A stretch of DNA of 64,000 nucleotides from Candidatus Eutrophobius brisbanensis. GTDB taxonomy: Bacteria; Pseudomonadota; Gammaproteobacteria; Eutrophobiales; Eutrophobiaceae. The DNA lies in contig JAYPQE010000003.1 in the NCBI GenBank assembly GCA_038131795.1, forward strand, positions 1,582,630 through 1,646,629, given 5' to 3'. Below the pieces are notes generated by a model. That model saw only the letters and a program-made list of their open reading frames with translations, searched no databases and was not told the DNA's origin. The translations under genes were made by a program, and so were the position numbers. Position 1 is the first letter of the stretch; each line of letters starts with the position of its first letter. Shown here piece after piece: positions 56,288-64,000 of this stretch.

Positions 56288-56851
56288 TCAGGTATGTAAA
56301 TTGAAGTCATAACCATCATCTTTACGGATGATCTCCCCAGTGCGTATGGTAAAACGGCCAGCACGCATATCCTCAAAATAAAGTCTGAGCGTCTCTCGCA
56401 TCACCGGAAATGCAAGCTCTCCCCAGGGAACCTCTCCTTCTTCGTATAACTCCACCTCCAGGCTTTCTGCCCCCGAAGAAAACCCCTGATCAGTCAAGGT
56501 AGCTCGATAGAGTAAATACACCTGGTTGACATGAGGCAGGTTAATCACTGTATATAAGTCCTGAATGACCACGGGTGCATTGGCTTCTTCAAGCGTCTCA
56601 CGAATAGCGGCCTGGGTGGTGGACTCATCGTTTTCCATAAATCCGGCCGGTAAGGTCCATTTACCGTATTGCGGCTCAATGGCCCGCTTACATAATAAAA
56701 TTTTTCCCTGTAGTTCAGGGATACACCCGGCAACAATTTTGGGATTGTGATAGTGAATAGTATCGCAGCTTAAACAAACATGCCGATGACGATTATCATC
56801 ATCAGGAATTATATATTCAACCTCGGCCCCACATTCGCTGCAGAACTTCAT
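56288..56851 (-). CDS. NUDIX hydrolase with N-terminal zinc ribbon
   Basis: 187 aa with CSECG...CLSCD and the Nudix box GFMENDESTTQAAIRETLEEANA. An ATGA overlap with the upstream tesA-like gene suggests coupling. Confidence 0.85.
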   Translation of the reverse strand: MKFCSECGAEVEYIIPDDDNRHRHVCLSCDTIHYHNPKIVAGCIPELQGKILLCKRAIEPQYGKWTLPAGFMENDESTTQAAIRETLEEANAPVVIQDLYTVINLPHVNQVYLLYRATLTDQGFSSGAESLEVELYEEGEVPWGELAFPVMRETLRLYFEDMRAGRFTIRTGEIIRKDDGYDFNLHT

Positions 56852-57474
56852 TCAGCCACTCGCACCTTGTTGAGCATATTTTCAAGATCTGGCCAGATAT
56901 TATCGAGCATCATTATCTGTGCTTCTGCCGTTGGATGAATACCGTCGTTTTGCATTAATTCGGGGTTCTCGGCTATCCCATCAAGAATAAACTTGCTGAG
57001 CCTGGTATTGGTCTGTTGTGACATTTCACTATAGATACCTGTAAAGCGATCAATATAAAATTTTCCATAATTGGGTGGTAATAACATGGGTACCAGTAAT
57101 ATGCGACTCCCCGCGGATTTTAGTAAATTTATAATTTCTCCTAAATTGGATTTAATTTCAGGAATGGGAAGTCCTCTCAATCCATCATTTCCTCCCAGTT
57201 CCAATATGGTGAGAACCGGTTTAGTATCATTTAAAATTTCATCCAGTCTGGATTTTGCACCATGAGTAGTATCACCACTAATACTGGCATTATATACATT
57301 GTATGTGTAGCCTTGGTCACGTAACCTGTTTTGCAATAATGAAACCCAACCATCTTCAATGGCAATTCCATAACTGGCACTCAGGCTATCAGCCAGGACT
57401 AAAATGGTATTATCCTGTGCATGGGCATTCGTGCCAGCCAGTAACAATACAATAAATACTATTTTTTTAATCAT
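56848..57474 (-). CDS. tesA: SGNH/GDSL hydrolase, TesA-like thioesterase I / lysophospholipase L1
   Basis: A start at [19 protein letters not shown] gives a signal peptide. Block I is ADSLSASYG, block III is GGNDGLRG and block V is DGIHP. The tracked ORF start at 57690 is an artefactual extension. Confidence 0.85.
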   Translation of the reverse strand: MIKKIVFIVLLLAGTNAHAQDNTILVLADSLSASYGIAIEDGWVSLLQNRLRDQGYTYNVYNASISGDTTHGAKSRLDEILNDTKPVLTILELGGNDGLRGLPIPEIKSNLGEIINLLKSAGSRILLVPMLLPPNYGKFYIDRFTGIYSEMSQQTNTRLSKFILDGIAENPELMQNDGIHPTAEAQIMMLDNIWPDLENMLNKVRVAE

Positions 57475-58162
57475 GAACAATACCTCTGACGTTATTTTGC
57501 AGGCTGAACAACTGGGAAAGCAAGTTATCAGTCCAGCCGGCCAGCTGACAATACTGGATGATATTAATATATCCCTGCACCGTGGGACTTCTCTGGCCAT
57601 CATTGGTGTGTCTGGTTCCGGCAAATCCACCTTACTTGGACTGCTGGCAGGCCTTGATGTTTCCACTAACGGGCGGGTAATTTTCAACAATACGGATCTT
57701 AATTCACTGGACGAAGATGGCAGAGCAAGGCTGAGAAATAAAAGAGTGGGATTTGTTTTTCAGTCATTTCAGCTGTTAAAAAGCCTTACTGCCCTGGAAA
57801 ACGTATTGTTGCCTCTTGAATTGGCAGACGAGGATAATGGCAGAGAAACAGCACTCAAAAGGTTGGAAGAAGTTGGATTGAAAGATCGGGTACATCATTA
57901 TCCCAGTCAACTCTCCGGTGGGGAACAACAGCGTGTGGCCATTGCCAGGGCATTTGTGTCTGAACCGGATATTCTGTTTGCCGATGAGCCTACCGGGAAC
58001 CTGGATCAGAAAACTGCAAAAACAATTATTGATCTAATCTTCCGACTTAATTCGCAACACGGAACCACACTTGTCCTGGTCACCCATGATCCGGACATTG
58101 CTACGCATTGTGAACAGGTCCTGACGCTGGAAGGCGGACGTATCAGCAAGGCTGGTTCATGA
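57473..58162 (+). CDS. ybbA: ABC transporter ATP-binding protein YbbA-like
   Basis: The start at [14 protein letters not shown] fits the family. It has Walker [10 protein letters not shown], signature [14 protein letters not shown] and Walker [12 protein letters not shown]. It is divergent from tesA, as in E. coli. Confidence 0.88.
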   Translation: MNNTSDVILQAEQLGKQVISPAGQLTILDDINISLHRGTSLAIIGVSGSGKSTLLGLLAGLDVSTNGRVIFNNTDLNSLDEDGRARLRNKRVGFVFQSFQLLKSLTALENVLLPLELADEDNGRETALKRLEEVGLKDRVHHYPSQLSGGEQQRVAIARAFVSEPDILFADEPTGNLDQKTAKTIIDLIFRLNSQHGTTLVLVTHDPDIATHCEQVLTLEGGRISKAGS

Positions 58163-60642
58163 ACACATTTACATTTGCATTGCAGGCATTCAGACGGAAT
58201 TGGCGAGCCGGGGAATTGCGTCTAATCGCCATTGCTGTTGTGGTCGCCGTAGCCAGTATGACCTCAGTCAGTTTTTTTACCGACCGGGTGAAAAAAGCAA
58301 CTGAGTCACAGGCAACGCAATTGCTGGCGGCTGACCTGGTACTGGAGTCAAGACTGCCCATTCCAGAAAATATAATTGACACGGCAAAAGACTATGATCT
58401 GGTAACGGCCAATATTATCAGTTTACGTAGTATGGTGGTTGCCGATGATCAGTTACAAATGGCAGAAATCAAGGCCGTGGATGAAAACTATCCAATCCGC
58501 GGACAACTTCGAACATCTGTAGGACTGTTTGCTGAAGAGGCTGAAACAACCTCTATTCCAGATCCAGGAAACGTCTGGGTTGATAGCCGATTGTTCCAGA
58601 CCCTGGGGCTTGAAATCGGTTCAAGATTGAATGTGGGCGCAACAGAATTTTCAGTTACCCGGATACTGACTTATGAACCTGACCGCGGTGGCGATATGTT
58701 CAATATGGCACCCAGATTAATGATGAACCTGGCAGACATTCCTGACACTAACCTGATTCTACCAGCCAGCCGTGTCGAGTACCGGTTCCTTGTGGGTGGA
58801 GAGAACTCAGTCGTTAACGAATTTCGTGAGACTATAAATCAGGGTGGCGATCTAAGAATACAAGGTATTCGCGATGCCCGCCCGGAACTTCGCTCTGCGC
58901 TGGAAAGGGCCGAACAATTCCTGGGACTTGCTGTATTGGTGAGTATTGCCCTGGCCGGACTGGCGGTGGCCCTATCTGCCCAGCAGTATGTGATCCGGCA
59001 TTTTGATGTGTGTGCCATTATGAGATGCCTGGGCGCTGAGCAAAGCACGATTAATAAAATATATATAACACAGTTACTCATTTTATCTGTCAGTGCCAGC
59101 CTGTTGGGTTGCATATTGGGATTTGTTGCCCAGCATGCATTGGCATCTATGTTAACCGGTATGAGTAATGCCCAGTTATCAGCGGCATCATTCATTCCCG
59201 TTATTTATGGAATGCTCGCTGGTGCAATAACGGTGATGGGGTTTGCCTTACCACAGGTTTTGCGCCTGAAAAATGTAGCACCACTACGTGTCTTGCGCCG
59301 AGACTTAAATCCATTACCGCTCAGCAGCATGAGCTCTTACGGCGCAGCAGTCGTTGCACTGGCCCTGCTTACACCCTGGCAATCGGGAAATTTCAAACTA
59401 ACTGGAATTGCCTTCCTGGGAATTATTGCAACGGCCATATTATTAACTGTTGGCGCATTCTTTCTGATTCGAATATTAAACAGGTTTCGCACCCGGGTTA
59501 AATTTACTATCAGGTTTGGCCTTGCCAATATTGTCAGAAGGGCAAATTTGAGTGTCGCCCAGATCCTGGGGATTGGACTGGGCGTGATGGTCATGTTGTT
59601 GTTAACACTGGTGAGGACTGATCTATTAAATACCTGGCGTGATCGTATCCCCGAAGGTACACCGAATTATTTTCTCATCAATATCCAAGATAGTGATGTC
59701 CCCGCAGTTGAGACTTTTCTGGGCGCGGAAAATCAAACTACTTCCGACCTGTATCCAATGATCAGGGGACGTCTTGCGGCGATTAATGACGAAAAAGTGA
59801 TAGAAGAAAATTTCTCTACGCCTGAGTCACGTCGTTGGGCAAGGCGGGCATATAATTTATCATTTACATCGAATTTCCCCGCTGCCAATACTGTCGTCGC
59901 AGGTGAATGGTGGAGCACCACTGACGCAAGTGGAAATCAATTATCGCTGGAAGTAGATTTTGCCCGTGAACTGGGTGTTGATTTGAATGATACCCTCACC
60001 TTCCTGGTTGCCGGTAGAGAAGTCACCGGCAGAATAACCAGTCTAAGGGAAGTAGACTGGGACTCGTTTAATGTCAATTTTTTTGTCCTTGCCAGTCCTG
60101 GCATGCTGGATGGCTTCCCCGCCAGTTACGTTACCAGTTTTTACCTCCCAACTGATAAAAAAAATATTCTTATCGATCTGGTAAAACAGTTTCCCAGTGT
60201 CACGGTATTCGATGTCGATGCATTAATAACGGAAGTGAGAAAAATAATGGACCAGGTCATCAAGACTGTGGAATTTGTGTTTGGTTTTACCATCCTTGCA
60301 GGTATCGTGGTGTTGATAGCCGCACTCCAGACAACCCATACAGAACGCAGCTATGAATCGGCCCTGCTGAGCAGCATTGGCGCGTCCAGGAAACAGATAC
60401 GGGCCGGATTAATCATGGAATTTTTATGTATTGGGGCACTGGCTGGTTTCCTTGCTGCGTTTTCTGCATCGTTTGTCGAGCTGATACTTGCCAGGTTCGT
60501 ATTTAACATGGATATTATTGTTGATTACCGATTATGGCTGGTGGCGCCCATTGTATGTGCCTTAATCATCACTACTGCAGGCCTGGCAGGGACCCGGCGG
60601 GTACTTTACACTCCACCTATGCAGGCCCTTAAAGAAATCTAG
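58159..60642 (+). CDS. ybbP: ABC transporter permease YbbP-like (two FtsX-type domains)
   Basis: 827 aa with 10 predicted TM segments in two FtsX-like modules. It overlaps ybbA by 4 nt. Confidence 0.85.
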   Translation: MNTFTFALQAFRRNWRAGELRLIAIAVVVAVASMTSVSFFTDRVKKATESQATQLLAADLVLESRLPIPENIIDTAKDYDLVTANIISLRSMVVADDQLQMAEIKAVDENYPIRGQLRTSVGLFAEEAETTSIPDPGNVWVDSRLFQTLGLEIGSRLNVGATEFSVTRILTYEPDRGGDMFNMAPRLMMNLADIPDTNLILPASRVEYRFLVGGENSVVNEFRETINQGGDLRIQGIRDARPELRSALERAEQFLGLAVLVSIALAGLAVALSAQQYVIRHFDVCAIMRCLGAEQSTINKIYITQLLILSVSASLLGCILGFVAQHALASMLTGMSNAQLSAASFIPVIYGMLAGAITVMGFALPQVLRLKNVAPLRVLRRDLNPLPLSSMSSYGAAVVALALLTPWQSGNFKLTGIAFLGIIATAILLTVGAFFLIRILNRFRTRVKFTIRFGLANIVRRANLSVAQILGIGLGVMVMLLLTLVRTDLLNTWRDRIPEGTPNYFLINIQDSDVPAVETFLGAENQTTSDLYPMIRGRLAAINDEKVIEENFSTPESRRWARRAYNLSFTSNFPAANTVVAGEWWSTTDASGNQLSLEVDFARELGVDLNDTLTFLVAGREVTGRITSLREVDWDSFNVNFFVLASPGMLDGFPASYVTSFYLPTDKKNILIDLVKQFPSVTVFDVDALITEVRKIMDQVIKTVEFVFGFTILAGIVVLIAALQTTHTERSYESALLSSIGASRKQIRAGLIMEFLCIGALAGFLAAFSASFVELILARFVFNMDIIVDYRLWLVAPIVCALIITTAGLAGTRRVLYTPPMQALKEI

Positions 60643-60646
60643 GTTC

Positions 60647-60946
60647 ATGAGCGAAATTCATTTTGACAGCCTCAGGGTCATGGTGAGTGAATATATAAAG
60701 CAGATCGGAAATACTGATCCAGAATCTCATTCAACGGAATGGTTTTTGCTCAAGTACCTGAAACGTATTGAAAGAAAAACTGAACCACCGTCCAGGGCCG
60801 GACACGTAGAGGGGACAGTACGCTCTATGGTGAGGTTTTATGTGGATAATATTGATGAAAAATCTGACCTGGGTGATATGTGTATTAAGATATACAACGA
60901 ACATCGGAAAGTATTAAGGGAGCATCAGGACAAAAGTAACACTTGA
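60647..60946 (+). CDS. Hypothetical protein
   Basis: 99-aa ORF starting 4 nt after the ybbP stop. I recognised no motif. Confidence 0.4.
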   Translation: MSEIHFDSLRVMVSEYIKQIGNTDPESHSTEWFLLKYLKRIERKTEPPSRAGHVEGTVRSMVRFYVDNIDEKSDLGDMCIKIYNEHRKVLREHQDKSNT

Positions 60947-60979
60947 ACCTCAGTCAATAAAAACTATCACAAAATAGAA

Positions 60980-62065
60980 ATGTCAGAATTTATAAACAGC
61001 AATGATAATCCTCACCAGCAAACGCCAACGACAGGCATTTTGCTGACTAACCTGGGATCACCTGAGGCACCTACCCCCAGTGCCCTGAGGCGCTATCTTG
61101 CAGAATTCTTAAACGACCCAAGGGTCATAGAAACACCGAGATTGATTTGGTGGACAATATTATATGGCATTATCCTGACTTTCAGGCCCAGGCGGTCAGC
61201 CCATGCCTATGGTAAAGTCTGGACCGATGAAGGATCACCACTACTGGTTAATCTACAGCGCCAGGCACAGGCGATAGATGCTGAACTCGCTGATTCAATC
61301 CCATCTCCATACAAAATTGAAATAGGCATGCGTTATGGTGAGCCTTCAATAAAAAACGCACTAAGAAAACTTCGGGCTGCCAATATCCAACGCCTGTTGG
61401 TCTTCCCACTGTATCCACAATATTCTGCCACCACTACCGCCTCAACATTCGATGCCATTAGCAAAGAACTGCAAAGGTGGAGATGGGTCCCGGAACTTAG
61501 ATTCATTACACATTACCATGATGACACCGCATATATTAACGCCCTGGCAACCAGCATTCGTACCCAATGGAATGATAAAGGCCGGCCGGACAAACTATTA
61601 TTTTCATTTCATGGCCTGCCAAAAAAATATTTTCAATCGGGTGATCCCTACTTTTGTGAATGTCACAAAACCGCCCGGCTGGTGGCGAAGGCGCTAGAAC
61701 TGGAAGATTCCATGTGGCAGGTGGCATTTCAGTCCCGGTTTGGCCCTATGGAATGGTTGCAGCCCTATACCGATGTGGTCCTGGAGGACTGGGCACAGGC
61801 CGGTATTTCAAATGTTCACGTAATCTGCCCGGGGTTTTCAGCCGATTGCCTGGAGACACTGGAAGAAATTCAAATCCAGTACCGTAGCCTGTATCTAAAT
61901 GCAGGCGGCAAACAATTTACCTATATACCTGCGCTGAATGATAATCCTGATCACATCAAGGCACTGGGCTCCATCATCACCCGGCACTGCGCCGGATGGG
62001 AATCCCTGGAGTGGGACAATGACATTATAAATGCCCGGGTGGATGCATTACAACAAGACCATTGA
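60980..62065 (+). CDS. hemH: Ferrochelatase
   Basis: 361 aa with ILLTNLGSPEAPT, YPQYSATTT and the C-terminal FSADCLETLEEI blocks. Confidence 0.93.
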   Translation: MSEFINSNDNPHQQTPTTGILLTNLGSPEAPTPSALRRYLAEFLNDPRVIETPRLIWWTILYGIILTFRPRRSAHAYGKVWTDEGSPLLVNLQRQAQAIDAELADSIPSPYKIEIGMRYGEPSIKNALRKLRAANIQRLLVFPLYPQYSATTTASTFDAISKELQRWRWVPELRFITHYHDDTAYINALATSIRTQWNDKGRPDKLLFSFHGLPKKYFQSGDPYFCECHKTARLVAKALELEDSMWQVAFQSRFGPMEWLQPYTDVVLEDWAQAGISNVHVICPGFSADCLETLEEIQIQYRSLYLNAGGKQFTYIPALNDNPDHIKALGSIITRHCAGWESLEWDNDIINARVDALQQDH

Positions 62066-62066
62066 G

Positions 62067-62501
62067 TCAATCCACATCCTGTTCAATCACTCGCCCCTGG
62101 ATTAATCCAAAAAATTTTGTATCACCACAAAAATACCATCCCAGGTGTTCAAGGCATTGTTTACAAGAAGCAATCTGCCAGGTGTATCCACTAAACCAGG
62201 TATGATCTAAAGATGGCTCCCCTGCCACCAAACAACCCGGGGCATGGGTATAACATGTAAAATGATAGGCAAACCCTGCGGGGTTAATTTTACTATGTAC
62301 CTGCCTGCCCATAACAGAAGTTCGCTGGTGCTGGGTCGTGATCACCGTACCACAGATATGACAGACCAGTTTATTTGCCTTTTTTGGACCCGTTTTAGAC
62401 TCGTTCTGGTCTATATTGACTTCAATATCATTCCCTGTCCTGTCAAGACAGAGTATCCTTAATTTATTGATATTTAATTGATTTTCATCAAGGTGATGCA
62501 T
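62067..62501 (-). CDS. Cereblon-like CULT domain protein
   Basis: 144 aa. CHICG ... INPAGFAYHF ... HTWFSGYTWQIASCKQCLEHLGWYF parallels my recollection of the human CRBN segment CKQC...VNPHGYVHE...[25 protein letters not shown]. Confidence 0.75.
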   Translation of the reverse strand: MHHLDENQLNINKLRILCLDRTGNDIEVNIDQNESKTGPKKANKLVCHICGTVITTQHQRTSVMGRQVHSKINPAGFAYHFTCYTHAPGCLVAGEPSLDHTWFSGYTWQIASCKQCLEHLGWYFCGDTKFFGLIQGRVIEQDVD

Positions 62502-62634
62502 AAATAACTTATTTAGTATGTGTTATAAATTCACGAATAAGAATCTACTTAATTTTGATATTTCCATTAATTAGAATAGTAGATCATTAATTTGATTGCT
62601 CATCTAGACGGCAAGCCATCACTGGATAAATTTA

Positions 62635-64000
62635 ATGACTGGAATAAAGTTTACCCGACAATGTATCAACCATGTCTTTCTAATGGCGATAACCTGTGTT
62701 TTTACCATTCAACCAGTCAATGCCCAACAGACCCTTGAACAACAGCGCAATACCTATCTACAGGCACAAAAGGCATTAAAGGCGGGGCAACTCACAAACT
62801 TTAAAAAGCTTACCGGTACATTGCTGGATTATCCCTTATACCCATATCTGATTCATGACTACATCAGGCCCAGAATCTCAAGTGTAGATAAAAAAGACAT
62901 CATCCAGTTCCTAGAAAAATATGATGACTTGCCGGTGGCCAATGATTTGAGAAAGCGCTGGTTAAGGTACCTGGCCCGCACAGGCCAGTGGCAAGCCTAT
63001 ATTGATAACTATATTCCAATGAACAATACGGAACTTGAGTGTTATCAATTGCAGGCAAGAATTAAAACCAACAATATGTCCTATCTGCTGGAAGATGCGC
63101 GCTCAGTCTGGCTGGTGGGCAAGTCACAACCGGATATATGTGACCCGGCATTTGCACTTTTATATAAAAGCGACCTGATGACGTCAGAACTGATCTGGAA
63201 ACGGATCCGCCTGTCCATGCAAAACAATGAAGTTAACCTTGCCAGGTATCTCGCCGGAAAACTCGACAGGTCTGATCAGGAATGGGTAGATCGATGGATT
63301 GCCACTTATCGGAACCCTGCAAGGGGGACCAGCAATCCAGGTTATGAAGACACTGAGCTTGCCAGGGAAATCCTCGCCCATGGAATGCGCCGCCTGGCAG
63401 CTGCGGACGTCGATACAGCCATAAGCCGGTGGGCTATTCTGAAACCAGCCTATGCCTTCGAAAAGGAACAAATCGATCAGATTGAAAGGGCCCTGGCCAT
63501 ACGTTCTGTTATCAGTAAACATTCTCTGTCCCAGCAATTGCTGGACAACCTGGACAACCAGAATGTGGATGAAACGATTTTTCACTGGCGCTTAAGGGAC
63601 GCACTGCAAAAGAATGACTGGCAGGCACTGATCAAATGGACTGAAGGTGAACCACCAGAAGACACTATCAAGCTCAGGTGGCAATACTGGCGTGCTCGCG
63701 CAATGGAACAGACCGGCAGGCAAGCAGAGGCTGATTTGATTTACCAGGCACTGTCCAGTGAACGGGACTATTATGGGTTTCTAGCAGCGGACCGGGTCAT
63801 GGCCGACTACGCAATAGACCACCGCTCTTTACCAGAAGACCTGGAGACCTGGAACAAGGTGTCTACCAAACCAGCAGTTGAGCGCGCCAGGGAGTTATAT
63901 CATCTGGGTAATAAATATTTTGCCAGAAGAGAATGGAATGCGGTGGTCAGCAAGTTGACCAATTATGAATTGCAGATAGCCGCCATGATTGCGGCCAACT
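62635..64000 (+). CDS. slt: Soluble lytic murein transglycosylase (Slt70-like), 5' part; continues beyond the window
   Basis: The ATG at 62635 opens a frame that stays open to the edge (untracked because it is truncated). It has a signal peptide ...FTIQPVNA-QQ and superhelical U-domain repeats (YPLYPYL, RYLARTGQW, RDYYGFLAADR). Confidence 0.8.
   Translation, partial: MTGIKFTRQCINHVFLMAITCVFTIQPVNAQQTLEQQRNTYLQAQKALKAGQLTNFKKLTGTLLDYPLYPYLIHDYIRPRISSVDKKDIIQFLEKYDDLPVANDLRKRWLRYLARTGQWQAYIDNYIPMNNTELECYQLQARIKTNNMSYLLEDARSVWLVGKSQPDICDPAFALLYKSDLMTSELIWKRIRLSMQNNEVNLARYLAGKLDRSDQEWVDRWIATYRNPARGTSNPGYEDTELAREILAHGMRRLAAADVDTAISRWAILKPAYAFEKEQIDQIERALAIRSVISKHSLSQQLLDNLDNQNVDETIFHWRLRDALQKNDWQALIKWTEGEPPEDTIKLRWQYWRARAMEQTGRQAEADLIYQALSSERDYYGFLAADRVMADYAIDHRSLPEDLETWNKVSTKPAVERARELYHLGNKYFARREWNAVVSKLTNYELQIAAMIAAN

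Noticed and set aside
63184-63585. 133-aa minus-strand ORF near the right edge.
   Set aside because: It lies antisense within the slt-like frame that stays open from 62635 to the window edge. The plus-strand translation has clear Slt70 U-domain character.

Overview
The window looks like a gammaproteobacterial chromosome segment made mostly of conserved housekeeping genes. These include glmU with the full atpIBEFHAGDC operon, parAB, rsmG, mnmG, glyQS, plsC, hisC, hemB, the glnA/ntrBC nitrogen-control region (with a readable sigma-54 promoter), lptM-lysA, trxA, rho, groESL (with a CIRCE operator), sat, tesA/ybbA/ybbP and hemH. A slt-like gene runs off the 3' edge.

The main non-core element is a strongly AT-rich island of about 5 kb (about 47.6-52.6 kb) between rho and groEL. 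It encodes a McrB-like AAA+ NTPase with an unrecognised N-terminal domain of about 270 aa, translationally coupled to a McrC-like PD-(D/E)xK nuclease. A C5-cytosine methyltransferase lies convergent to that pair, and a divergent pair of small unknown genes follows (an acidic 133-aa protein and a tandem ribbon-helix-helix-like protein). The right edge of the island appears to have rewritten the last codons of groEL. I read it as a LlaJI/BsuMI-like restriction-modification module, or a new variant of one, and it is the best candidate here for an undescribed system.

Other points worth checking:
- A small, strongly RBS-led ORF has an in-frame TGA followed by a SECIS-like hairpin.
- A membrane hydrolase gene is interrupted by an in-frame TAG.
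- A run of collinear ORF fragments suggests a decayed surface-protein gene.
- An IS200/RAYT-like protein has lost its HUH histidines.
- A trypsin-fold/PDZ protein appears to lack its catalytic triad and sits next to a VWA protein.
- A CACAGAG heptamer inverted-repeat array lies downstream of plsC.
- A bacterial cereblon-like CULT domain protein lies next to hemH.
- A nucleotidyltransferase-HAD / TagF-like / AsnB-like operon is present.

I saw no rRNA, tRNA, CRISPR array, integrase or transposase with an intact catalytic motif. All calls come from reading motifs by eye; no database search was run.
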